A stretch of DNA of 64,000 bases from Octopus vulgaris (GCA_951406725.2 OX597820.1:80414001-80478000), one strand, 5' to 3'; positions 38,844 to 51,470 are shown, counted from the stretch's first letter. Made by a program: numbers and translations. The notes: generated by a model from the sequence alone, not told the origin.

Positions 38844-38946
38844 ATACAAATAAATGAAAGAATGGAGTTGAACGACGAATTAACAAAATTCCTTTATTTT
38901 CGACATATGTTTCGTAGTTCAACTCCATTCTTTCATTTATTTGTAT
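38844..38946. repeat. Hairpin with 36-bp arms, PLE-like fold-back
   Basis: 35/36 inverted match. The loop region contains GAAACATATGTC plus AATAAA on the minus strand. Confidence 0.75.
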
Positions 38947-39437
38947 TTAAAAAAACACACAAATTTCCACACGAAAGCACGTGATCTCTGTCCTTGGCAT
39001 GTAGCTTCAACCGTGTTTTTCTGACGTGAATTTGCTACCCAGGTATCGGTTAACCGAATTATCTATAATAAGATAATTAATTCAACTACTCAAATATACA
39101 TATATACATACATATACATACATATATTTATATATACATACATATATACACATACATATATTTATATATACATACATACATATATGCATACATACATAAG
39201 CATGTGTGTATAGAATTGTTTTGTTTGGAGTATATTTATGGTTATGTCGGGTATTTAAGAATATATATGAGTGTATGTATGTGTGTATTTATGTGTATAT
39301 ATACATGTGTATAGATCTCCATGTCTATATGTATGTGCATGTATATATATATGTGTGTATTACTGGTTTATTTTTGAGTAGCATTCATACTGTATATCGT
39401 CAAGCACATATAATATTATACGTATAAGTATATATCA

Positions 39438-39537
<100 letters not shown>

Positions 39538-39666
39538 ATATATGCCTACCTACATTCATACAATGCATATCGCCACACTTTTACATCCCTAAATAAATCA
39601 CTACAAAATACATGGACAAGGACGCACACACACACACAGACACACAGACACAGACACACAGACACA

Positions 39667-39715
<49 letters not shown>

Positions 39716-40074
39716 ACACACGCTACAATATTGTAATCGTAATACAGCACACGGTTCCTACATCTTCACAACCTCTTTATATTAATCTGCTACAAATAAA
39801 TTCTCTATTTCTGTATTCACCTTACTTTATTCTTTCGAATATCTTCTTACATATTTATCCCTCCGCTTGTTTTTTTCTTTTTTTTCAAGAGGATAACAAG
39901 AAGAAAACATTATTAAAATCATTTGCAAAGAAACGCATTGATATTGATTAAGGAGTATTTTGATTTACGTCAATTGGAGAATTGGATAAATATTGTAAAT
40001 AAATAAATATAGATATACCAAATATCCTTTTAATGAATACAACAACCATCATTATTGCAGTTCCTCTATCCACG

Positions 40075-40490
40075 GTGGTATCATTGATATCATAGAAATA
40101 TTATGGTGATATCGTTGGTATCATAGAAGTATAATGGGGGTATCGTTGAAATCATAGAAGTACAATGGTAATATCGTTGATATAAACGTACAGTGGTGAT
40201 ACCATTGATATCATAGAAGTGTACAGGTGATATCGTTGATACTATTGAAGTATAATAGTGATATAAATGATATCACAGAAGTATAATAGTTATATCATTG
40301 ATATCATATATGTACAATGGTGAGATCAGATATCATAGAAATGTAATGTTAATATCTTTCATATCACAGACGTATCATGGTGATATCATGTATGTAATGG
40401 TGATATCACTGATACCATAGAAGCATAATAGGAATATCATTGATGTGAGGGAAGTGTTATGGTTATATCATTGATGTAGAACTACAATGA
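40075..40490. repeat. Diverged ~31-bp minisatellite (~14 units)
   Basis: Consensus approximately GGTGATATCRTTGATATCATAGAAGTATAAT. Confidence 0.85.
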
Positions 40491-41088
40491 GCTTAATTTT
40501 TGTTGTTGTTTAACACCAATCATGACTCGGTATGGCTGTGTTTTTGAGAAGCTTCTCCCTTTCGTCACCGCTTGAAACCGGTATTGATGTATTTACGTCG
40601 CCATAACTTAGCAGTTCGGCAAAAGAAACCGTATACTAAGTACCAGACTTTAAAAAAAAAGTAAGTATTAGGATCGATTTGTTCGACTAAAACCTTCTAA
40701 GGTGGTGCCCTAGCATGGCCGCAGTTCACTGACTGACACAAGTGAAAAAAATCTGCAACGAAAGCAAAGTTTTTTCTATATCAGTGGAGCCGCTGATATA
40801 GAAAAATAGTGATTGGCTTTCCTTGATCTAACTGTTTAAGTATGATACACAGATTGCTATTTGAAACTAATACAACTTTTGTTGCACATAACGAATTTTT
40901 ATTCAGCCGATCGGCTTATTGCAACATCAGTAATTTTTCAAACATCCAATTGCAACACATGAATAGGAATGCTGTATCTGCAACTAAAAGCTATTTACCT
41001 CCCATAGTAATGTATGTATGTATGTATGTATGTATGTATGTATGTATGTATGTATGTATGTATGTATGTATGTATGTATGTATGTATG

Positions 41089-41445
41089 CGTCTCTTCTAT
41101 ATTTTAATCATTATAAGTCTTCCACAGAGGAGGGAGCCGGTTTCCAACAAAGATACAAGGCCCCATCTTCGGAATGTAGTTAACACAGACAAATTCACAT
41201 TTGGAATTCGAGAAAAGTCTTGCATATTTTTATTGTTCCACTCACAGATTGCACTTGTAATGTACGAATTAGCCACTTATTTTCTCTTTCTGAAAATCCC
41301 AGTTTATCCAGATTCTCCTCTAAGCATTTACTAAGAAAACTTAGTGCTCCAAATATTATTGGTATGAATATAAATTCATAGTCTGGATATAGAAGCTGGG
41401 AGTTTCGAAGCAGTTGTCAATAGATATCCTCTTTTTGTTTGATAG

Positions 41446-41446
<1 letters not shown>
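41089..41446 (-). mobile_element. RLE-type non-LTR 3' fragment between (TATG)n tracts
   Basis: KQKEDIY*QLLRN...YPDYEFIFIPIIFGAL...TLQVQSVSGTIKICKTFLEFQM*. Confidence 0.75.
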
Positions 41447-41476
<30 letters not shown>

Positions 41477-41510
41477 TGTATGTATGTATGTATGTATGTA
41501 TGTATGTATG

Positions 41511-42392
41511 TTAGTTCACTTCTAATTTAAAATTATTTGAATTCTTCCTGTAAGGAAGGAGTTGGTTTCTAACAATAATTCAATGCTTCATCGTTGAAAT
41601 GCAGATTATAAAAACAGATTCACATTTTGAACTTGAGAATGTCCTGCATACTTTTACTGTTCTGCTTACAGATTGTATTTGTAATGTGCATCTTAGCTGA
41701 TTGATTTCTTTTTTTGAAACCCCTAACTTTTCCAGATTGTTACTTAGGCATATATCACATGCCCAACATACCCAAATGCACAACTCATTATTGGTATAAA
41801 TGTGAACTTATAATCTGGAGATAGAAACTGAAGATTTCCAAAAAGTTGTCCACAGTTGTCCTCTTTTTCCTTGATTTTCGAAGAGACACTCACATTAGCA
41901 GGGCCTCTATGACCTCTATGATGGTTCATATCTTTTAATGCCTGTGCCAAACAACAATATCCAGCCTGTTATGCATCCACTTAACAGATGTTTTGCTGGG
42001 AATGTTCCACTATTACCCCTTGTGTTGATGTTTATGCTGATATTCTACAGAAGTGGGAGTCTCTATATTTATCCCAGGACAGTATGCTTTTCAGATGGCA
42101 TAGTATAATGCTTTAGCGCCGTCATTTCGCATAGGGTAGTAGTACCGTGATGGCATTTTTGGGCAGCTACTGATCACACGTGTGAGGTCTTCCACAGGAT
42201 TGTGCCATACACTAATCCCTCGACTATCACGGGTGCTACGTTCCAAAACAACCCGCAATAGGTGAACCGCGATATGGCGAGGGATTACTGTAATCAACAT
42301 TTTTGGTTATATTGCGGGGGCCGAGGGCTTCATTTTTTTGTTTATTAGGTATTCTGTAGTAATCTCCCGCTCCTGGATTGCAAACATATAGC
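41511..42392 (-). mobile_element. RLE-type non-LTR 3' fragment, diverged relative of 41089-41446
   Basis: GYMFAIQEREITTEYL, zinc-knuckle remnant VEDLTRVISSCPKM, PANVSVSSKIKEKED, LQIQSVSRTVKVCRTF. Confidence 0.78.
42210..42290. mobile_element. 81-bp Tigger-like MITE with TA TSD
   Basis: TA|CACTAATCCCTCG...CGAGGGATTACTG|TA; interrupts the zinc knuckle of the RLE element. Confidence 0.8.
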
Positions 42393-43244
42393 CTATGTAT
42401 GTATGTATGTATGTATGTATGTATGTATGTATGTATGTATGTATGTATGTATGTATGCATGCATGTATGCATGCATGTATGTATGCATATATGAGTATGT
42501 ATGTATATATAAACGAATGAGTGAACGAATGAACTAAATTCTTGATTGTTCTGTTACTACTACTACAATCACAAAAGGTCAGTAGATTAGCAGAATAATT
42601 AGGGCACCTGACGAAAAGATCTGTAATATATAGTTACGTCCCTTAATGCAGTTAGTTCAAATTTAATAAAGGCTGACTTTTCCCTTCACCTATAAAATGC
42701 CAGACAAGCACCGGCTCAGACTTAATCTGCTCTCCCCTTCCCCACTAAATATGCCGAAAGTAAAATAACTGTTTAAGTCACAAAATAAAAAAAAAAAAAA
42801 GGAAAGGAAGGCATCGATGGAAATACTTTTGTGCGCAACATGAAGTATTTCAATTTATACAGAAATAGATTTTTATCTCTGAAACCTGTATCGATTCATT
42901 TTAATCGAATTTCAACAAATTCTATATGTATGTATATGTGACTGTATTTGGGTGTATATATGTATTAGGAAGACGTCTATTATAGACTGCGACTTTGATT
43001 CTGTAACGGTAAGAAAAAAGAGAAAGAAAAAAGGAAAAACAACAAAGACAACAATGATATTCATATGTAACCTTGGCACAGATTTTGAGGGGCGGAACGA
43101 AATCGATTGATTTGGCCCTACTTGAGGCCAGGGAAAATGAAAGCAAAGTCGACACCAGTGGTGTTTGAACTCACGTATAGTGAGAACAACTGCAGAACGT
43201 TTAATACGGTACTTTATCATTTCCGTCACAGAACAGCTATAATA

Positions 43245-43340
<96 letters not shown>

Positions 43341-43343
43341 GTA

Positions 43344-43690
43344 ACACGTTGTCATCTGCTGGTATTGATACATCAATTAGAAAGCATATTTTTTTCTTCA
43401 TGATCTCTGACAACTATATCTGGCCTATTGGCCTTAATTTCTCTATCGGTGTGTACAGAGAAATTAAGGCCAATAGGCCAGATATAGTTGTCAGAGATCA
43501 TGAAGAAAAAGAAATGTTTTCTAATTGATGTATCAATACCAGCAGATGACAACGTGTCTCTAAAAGAAATGGAGAAACTTTCAAAATACAAAGACCTGGA
43601 AATAGAGGTAACTAGAATGTGGAATCTAAAAACAGAAACAATTCCCATCATAGTAGGTGCATTAGGCATAACAAAAACACCAGGACTTAC
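43344..43690 (+). mobile_element. R4/Dong-like RLE fragment with an inverted duplication of its 5' part
   Basis: ANRPDIVVRD...CFLIDVSIPADDNVSLKEMEKLSKYKDL; arms 43344-43444 and 43457-43557. Confidence 0.85.
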
Positions 43691-43812
43691 AGAAGAAGAA
43701 GAAGAAGAAGAAGAAGAAGAAGAAGAAGAAGAAGAAGAAGAAGAAGAAGAAGAAGAAGAAGAAGAAGAAGAAGAAGAAGAAGAAGAGTGCCATAGTTCTC
43801 ATGTGAAATTGG

Positions 43813-43855
43813 TTGAACGATATTTCGGCATCCAGCGTGCCTTCCACAAGTTCAA
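43813..43855 (-). ncRNA. Minimal hammerhead-like motif (U6 core variant)
   Basis: UUGAAC UUGUGGA A GGCA CGCUGGA UGCC GAAA UA UC GUUCAA: 6-bp stem I, 4-bp stem II. The homolog at ~48604-48640 reads CUGUAGA. Confidence 0.55.
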
Positions 43856-44124
43856 AAATTACATGTCAGTCTAATTTAAAAAAAAATATTATATAGGACT
43901 GGGGTAACTCCTCCAGAAATTATAGAGAAATAAACAGAAATAAACTATTAAACTGCTAGCTGCTATTATTTATTCAGCTATTCGCCATTCTTTTAAATTT
44001 TATTGCCCTGCGAAGAAATTCTTTCAAAGGGAAGTTTTCTGTATAATTAGAAGTGTGTAAAGTAATTTTGTATTCATTATTCATAAGAAAACTTCCTCAA
44101 CGGAATTTCACAGTGTAGTAAAAC

Positions 44125-44525
44125 TTAGATAAATTTAGATATGTTTCGGCCATATCTAACTAAATAGCACCACTTCACAGAATCTAAGTCACTTTTAAAT
44201 TGAGATTTGTGGTATCATGGACCATTCACGTAGAAAGTTGTTCTTGATAGAGATGTATCCAGGTATAGGTAACTTGTTTGGTACCTCCTGAAGAAATGTA
44301 TCCAAATATCGTTGAAGGTGAAGGGATCTTCTTCTTTGATTTGTTTTTGGATAATGTTAAATAGAGTAGGGCCTGTTGAAGAAAATTAAATGTGTTGCGA
44401 TGTGTTTATGTGCTTTAGGTCTGAATTGTCTAGCGAGCGTATGGTTCAAGGTCCCAGCCTTGGATGGATTCCGAATTCGATGTTAAGATCGTTTGGTCAA
44501 TGCTGGTGGTATATTATCTCCACAT
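44125..44525 (-). mobile_element. CR1-group LINE 3' fragment
   Basis: GPTLFNII...LDTFLQEVPNKLPIPGY...NNFLREW. Confidence 0.6.
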
Positions 44526-45513
44526 TGTGAAAATGATGTAGCGCTCACGGTGACGTTGGAGAGAAAGTTTTAATGTTTTAGGAATTCTCAATAATCCCGA
44601 TCAGTCATGCCTTTTATTTTAATGGTTTCTCTGTAAGGGTGTTTCAGTTTTCGCAATGTTTTGTATGGCATGATGGAATTTGGAAAACAATAAAACTTTA
44701 ACCCCCCTTCCCCATCAACCTCGCGGAAATATAGAATAACCTAAACCGATCGTAGAAATACAGCCAGGATATAATTTATTGGTTCATTATTTTAGTGTAC
44801 TATGGATCAAGAATATATTTCCTTTGCCTTATCAGATATCCACGCTAGAATTCAGTTTGAACCAAGAGAAAATTGCGTAAACGAAAACAAAATGCTTCAG
44901 CATGCATTTAAGATTTGAGATGATTCACCACCAAAGCTTATGGCGCTGAAGACAAGTGAATCAAATCAGAATTCTGTTTATCTTTCTCCCAATTCTCTTT
45001 CTCTCTCTCTTTTCCCCCCTCTCTCTCTGTCTCTCAATTTATCTATTTACTTATTTATCTATCTACGTATCTATCTTCCTCTCTCTCTCTCTCTCTCTCT
45101 CTAACGGTAGCATAAAACTTAGTAAGAGAGAGAACAAAACGCATCTGCTGCTACTGTGTGTAACTTCGGAGAGAAAAAAAGAAAATGAAAGTGAGAAAAA
45201 AAAAAGAAGGTAGGAAAGGAAGAAGCCATGCGTTAGGATTAGAGAGAAAGAAATATTGAGAGTAGAAGGGAAAAAAATACTTTACAGCAATAGAGAAAGA
45301 GAGACGAAATGACAAACGATGCTACTGAGAAAGATTCATTGAGGACTGGACGAAAGGGGAAAGCAGACGACATGTCACGGGACCAACATTTACGATAGGG
45401 AAAAATTATTATTTTATTTTATATTAGTTATACACCAGAGAAATGTACAGAAAATTTGACAAACAAACAGAAATGATGATCATCGGCTGTTTTCATAGCG
45501 TGTAGAGGTTCCA

Positions 45514-45582
<69 letters not shown>

Positions 45583-45656
45583 CTATTACAGTTCCATTAT
45601 AGGGATGATCAACAAAAATAGCTCTCCTTCCAGTGAGAGATAAACATATTTTAAAG

Positions 45657-46063
45657 TACACAATTACAAAAAAGCTCTTAATAGTTTCATGCTTTAAGAT
45701 ACATTAAATAGGCAGATTTATATCACATGGCATTTATCTCCATACAATCTTTCAGGCTCAGCCCATAACATCATAGCTATTTAAAATCCAGGAGGCTGGT
45801 CTATGAGAAAGACAAAAACGAGAAGAAAAAAATCGTAAACAAGGTTGTTGCAAAGAATGGAACAAGAAGAAAAAAAAGTAAGAGAAAGAAGATCTTCGTC
45901 CACTTTGACTGTAGAAATCATAAATGATGAAAACAGGACAACGTCTAGCGTTATGAACAGAGGCTGAAAGATTGCTTGAAGATACACGGTATGTTGAATA
46001 TATCTGCCAATTTAGTGTATCTTAAAGCATGAAATTATTAGTAGCACTTGTGTAATTGTGTAT
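45657..46063 (-). mobile_element. PLE remnant with 5' inverted pseudo-LTR, same family as 14885-15645
   Basis: ~115-bp inverted arms (45657-45775, 45950-46063) around a segment homologous to 15380-15513. Confidence 0.7.
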
Positions 46064-46069
46064 ATGAAA

Positions 46070-46100
<31 letters not shown>

Positions 46101-46102
46101 CT

Positions 46103-46435
46103 CTATTACTTGTTTCAGTCATTTGACTGCGGTCATGCTGGAGCACCGCCTTCAGTCGAGCAAATCGACCCCAGGACTTATACTTTGTAAGCCTAGTACT
46201 TATTCTATCGATCTCTTTTGCCGAACTGCTAGGTTACGGGGACGTAAACATACCAGCATCGGTTGTCAAGCAATGTTGGAGGTGGGGGGGCAAACACAGA
46301 CACACAAACACATGTACACACATACATATATATATATAAATACATATATAGGACGGGCTTCTTTCAGTTTCCGTCTACCAAATCCACTCACAAGGCTTTG
46401 GTCGGCCCGAGGCTGTAGTGGAAGACACTTGCCCA
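46103..46435 (-). mobile_element. SINE family B, 5'-truncated
   Basis: Matches 24335-24740. Confidence 0.78.
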
Positions 46436-46709
46436 ACACATGGCTATGATGTTCCCCCACTACTTCTGCACATGATCAGAGATGCACATATTGTCAGCCA
46501 CTAAGGGACATTCTCAACTGGTTAAGGTCAAACAACTGACAAGCAAATCTGTGGCATTGAGCAGAATATTTGCTGTAGCCCTTCTTTTATACCAAAACAA
46601 AACAATGTACATGATAACACTTCCAATCAGTTAAGATCAGAAAGCCACTGCCTGGTACTGCATCAGGGTATTTATTATTATTATTATTATTATTGCTTTT
46701 ATTATTATT

Positions 46710-47405
46710 TTTTTCTTCTTTCAAATTTGCTTCCATTTCTTGCCGAGTGTCTTCCCGACTCATAGGGCAAAGAAACTCATAGTATACATTGGTAGGCCAT
46801 TAAACTAAACTCAATAGTTCGTTCATTTTTTTTTTTAAGTTAAATTAGAATACATGGGTAGTAATAGTTCTCACATCGACAATGCTCTTCTCAATACGTG
46901 TGATGTACCAGTTAAGACAATCTTTTGCACTTCTTGCAGGGATGGTAAGCCAGGGATCATTCTCATATAATTTTCGGTTCCCTTCTTGATCATTCCTAGT
47001 GCTCCTACGATCACTGGTATTGTAACCGCCTTCAGATGCCACATTTTCTCAATTTCAATGAGTAGGTCTTTATATTTTCTGAGCTTGTCAAACTCTTTCG
47101 CCGAGATATTATGATCACAGGGGATGCTCATGTCGATCAATAAGCAAACTTTATTGTTTTGGTCTTTCACAACAATATCCGGTTTATTGGCTTTGATGGT
47201 TCGGTCTGTATGTACTGGAAAGTCCCACAGAATCGTTACATTTTCTCCTTCAGTTACAGCTTCAGGGTGGTGATTATACCACTTGTCGGCAGTTTTGATA
47301 TTGTAATGCCGACTTATTAGCCAGTGTAGATATTAGCCAACTCTGTCATGTCTTAATTTATACACCACTGGTGCTAAGACTTTACATCCAGAGATTAGGT
47401 GGTCC
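46710..47405 (-). mobile_element. R4/Dong-like retrotransposon, short 5'-truncated copy
   Basis: PD-(D/E)xK-type RLE (KPDIVVKD...LLIDMSIP). Nearly identical to the 3' part of 48957-51093; (TAA)n on both sides. Confidence 0.9.
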
Positions 47406-47426
47406 TATTATTATTATTATTTTTAC

Positions 47427-47528
<102 letters not shown>

Positions 47529-47600
47529 GTAATACATCGTATGGTATACACCTTGTAGCTTACCGGTAAGGTACGTTCACTTTCACAGTGTTATTTGGGT

Positions 47601-47742
47601 ATTTGATTGATGAGAGAGACGGAATATGGAAGATACAAGAATCTTTAAACCCCACGAGGAATCGATGCTAGGTTGGTGGAAACAATTGTAGTGATTAACA
47701 AATATTCTCGTATCTTCCATCTTCCGTCTCTCATTAATCAAA
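47601..47742. repeat. Fold-back with ~40-bp arms, PLE-like
   Basis: Inverted arms with GAAACAATTGTA in the loop. Confidence 0.6.
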
Positions 47743-48358
47743 AATGTGTGTGTGTGTGTGTGTGTGTACTCACATATACACACACATTCACACAGCAGGA
47801 GATGCTGTGGACGTCGAGAAGGGATAACGAGATAAAGACATTGGGTCGAACGTTGAAGCCACAAGGAGACTTTGGACTTTTAGCAGTTTCAACAGTTCTT
47901 CGAGTTTTAATACTGCTAAGTTATGGTTTAAAGAACCGATTTCCTTCGCGACATCTTAAGAAGACAAATGTTTTCAACAATCAATAACAGTTAAAAAAAC
48001 AAAAAAACAAAATAGAAAGAAACGTAAATATTTGTTCATTTAAATGGAAAATTTATTGGTTTCCAATTGCGGAATCAGGTCAGTAAGTTCAAGGGAGCAG
48101 TTAAGTCAATTCATCGCCCTCAGTGCTCAACTGGTACTTATTTCATTGACCCCAATGGATGAAAGGCAAAGTCGATTTGCAATTCAAAACATAAAGACAA
48201 ACAAAATGCGTCAAAGCATTTTTGCCGGAGGGGCTAACGTTGCTGCCATCTTCAGATCAATAATTTATGGAAACTTTCAGTGCATTCACAAGAATTCCTT
48301 TGGTGATTGCAATAGTTTAGAAGTGAGAAATGCAATAACTGAAATGAATAGGCTTTAA

Positions 48359-48542
<184 letters not shown>

Positions 48543-48554
48543 GAGTATAATAAT

Positions 48555-48827
48555 AGTATATAGAAGCAAAAAAAAAATAGGAAGAGTGCCATTGTTATCA
48601 TGTGAACTGATATTTCGGCTTCTAGCGTACTTTCTACAGGTGAAACAAATAAACTTGTCAATTTACTTCATTTTATGTAATATTTTATAGGATTGAGGTA
48701 ACTCCCCCAGAAGGTATAAAGAAGCAAAAAAAAAAAAAAAATATCGGATCACTTGATAACAATGGCACTCATCCTTTTTTTTTTGCTTCTGTATACCTCC
48801 TGGAGGAGTTACCTCAATCCTATGAAA
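48555..48827. mobile_element. PLE-like repeat with direct and inverted partial copies
   Basis: Homologous to 43785-43935; internal inversion 48685-48730 vs 48775-48823. Confidence 0.55.
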
Positions 48828-48902
<75 letters not shown>

Positions 48903-48916
48903 TATTATTATTATTA

Positions 48917-48954
<38 letters not shown>

Positions 48955-48956
48955 GT

Positions 48957-51087
48957 CTTTTTTTTTCTTCATCTTTCAAATTTGCTTCCATTTCTTCCCG
49001 AGTGTCTTCTCGACTCCTAGGGCAAAGAAACTCATAGTATACATTGGTAGGCCATTAAACTAAACTCAATAGTTCGTTCATTTTTTTTTAAAGTTAAATT
49101 AAAATACATGGGTAGTAATAGTTCTCACATCGACAATGCTCTTCTCAATACGTGTGATGTACCAGTTAAGACAATCTTTTGCACTTCTTGCAGGGATGGT
49201 AAGCCAGGGATCATTCTCATATAATTTTCGGTTCCCTTCTTGATCATTCCTAGTGCTCCTACGATCACTGGTATTGTAACCGCCTTCAGATGCCACATTT
49301 TCTCAATTTCAATGAGCAGGTCTTTATATTTTCTGAGCTTGTCAAACTCTTTCGCCGAGATATTATGATCACAGGGGATGCTCATGTCGATCAATAAGCA
49401 AACTTTATTGTTTTGGTCTTTCACAACAATATCCGGTTTATTGGCTTTGATGGTTCGGTCTGTATGTACTGGAAAGTCCCACAGAATCGTTACATTTTCT
49501 CCTTCAGTTACAGCTTCAGGGTGGTGATTATACCACTTGTCGGCAGTTTTGGTATTGTAATGCCGACTTATTAGCCAGTAGAGATATTGGCCAACTCTGT
49601 CATGTCTTAGTTTATACTCCACTGGTGCTAAGACGTTACATCCAGAGATTAGGTGGTCCACTGTTTCAATCATGTCGTTGCAGAATCGGCATTTTGGGTC
49701 TGCTCCATTTTTCATCACATTGGCCTGGTAGTTCCGGGTTAATAGGCTTTGATCTTGAGCAGCCAGGATGAAACCTTCGCTCTCTGCTTTTAGCCCTGAG
49801 CTCCGTAGCTACTGATGGGTTTGCTTCTGGTCAACATCAGCTTGTTTGCTACGGGTCACATATTTGCCGTGCAGAGGTTTCTCCTTCCACCTATCAGCCA
49901 ATTGCTCGTGCGCTTTTTTCGTTGCCATTATTTTCACCTTCTTTGCAACAATAGTTGCCGTACTTCCCTCGGGCTGTTCAGTTTGGGGATCCTGCACGAG
50001 ATCAATAGCAAATGTTTTGCTTTCCTCTATGATAGAATGAAGCTTCTTTCGTCTCTCGTGATTTTCCACGAACTTTAGCATCCAGTCATTCGTTATTTCA
50101 AGATATTTGGCCAGTCTAATTGTGGTTGTTTTGTAAGCTAGTTCAAATTGGATCAGGCCTCGACCTCCTTGGGCTCTGGGGAGGTAAAGGCGATCTACGT
50201 CTGCCTTTGGGTGGTGCATCCTATTACAACTCAGCAGCTTGCGTATTTTCCTGTCTATATTCTTTACTTCACTCATATTCCAGTTCAACACATTGTAGCT
50301 ATAAGTAACAACTGGAACTGCTAAGGAATTTATAGCTAACACCTTGTTACGTGCATTTAGTTCAGATTTCAGGACTGCACGCACTCTCCTATAACATTCC
50401 TTCCTGATCTTCTCTTTCATGCTTGCATGCTGAATACCAGAGCCTTCATTTATCCCTAAATATTTGTATGTTTGTTCTTGTTCAAGCTCTCTTATGACTG
50501 TGTCAACATCTAACACGACTGAATTTGTGGTCTTCACTTTCCCTTTCTGGAAAGTGGCCTTGGCACACTTCCCAAGCCCAAACTCTATCCCGATGTCATC
50601 GCTAAATGCTTTCACAGTGCGCAATAGGCCTTCAAGTTCATTATCGTCTTTACCATAGAGTTTTAAGTCATCCATATAAAATAGATGGCTTATTTTTTCA
50701 TTGGCAATTTTATACCCATACCCTGTTCTGTTTAATTCACTTGTAAGGGGTATTAGGGCTATGCAGAATATTAAAGGTGAAAGTGAGCACCTTGAAAAAT
50801 TCCACAGTTGATGTTTATATTCTCTGAGGCAAGTACTCCATTAGAGTGGTATAATTGGAGATTCGTATTCCACAACGACATGTGCTTCAGGAAGCTTGAA
50901 ATCACAGGGGAAATTTTAAAGATGTCCTGCGATCTCAAGATCCATGGATGCGGTATACTGTCGAAGGCCTTTTTATAGTCAATCCATGCGGAGCTGAGAT
51001 TTCTGCGCTTGTCGTGACAGTTCTCAAGGATCATACAATTAATTAGCAGTTGATCTTTGCATCCGTATGAGCCTCGGCGGCACCCTT

Positions 51088-51093
<6 letters not shown>
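48957..51093 (-). mobile_element. R4/Dong-like non-LTR retrotransposon, 5'-truncated (RT, CCHC, RLE)
   Basis: AWIDYKKAFDS, GIFQG, YMDDLKLY, CRFCNDMIETVDHLISGC, RHD, KPDIVV. A few stops and frameshifts. Confidence 0.93.
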
Positions 51094-51126
<33 letters not shown>

Positions 51127-51150
51127 GTTGTTGTTGTTGTTGTTGTTATT

Positions 51151-51470
51151 ACTTATTGCCTTTGCACAGCTTCTTACGCTGGAGATGTACTACAGTGTCA
51201 GCTGTTCACTACCTGTGAACTAAGGTAACACCCCTTATTTTTCGAGCACCTTCCGGAGTATTCGAGTGTTTCCAAGCAGTGCTGTTTTCTGCAAATGATC
51301 CACCCCTATTGCAGCCCCTATTTGATCCAAGTACTTCTCGAGATTTTTGCTCACTGTTCCCAGGTTTCCGACAATTATTGGTACTACTGCTACCTTTTTC
51401 ATCGACCACAACTGCTTAACTTCCGAAGCTAACCTGTCATATCCCTTGACTTTTCTTTGTTTCTTATTGC
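51151..51470 (-). mobile_element. Short 3' fragment of another Dong-like family
   Basis: YDRLASEVKQLWSMKKVAVVPIIVGNLGTV...LQKTALLGNTRILRKVLEK*. Confidence 0.8.

Noticed and set aside
40075-40490. CRISPR-like array
   Set aside because: Units are contiguous diverged repeats without unique spacers; no cas genes; eukaryotic context.
44130-44185. Hammerhead-like CUGUGAAG...GAAACAUAUC on the minus strand
   Set aside because: Core spacing is wrong, and the sequence is better explained as the 3' tail of the adjacent CR1-group LINE.
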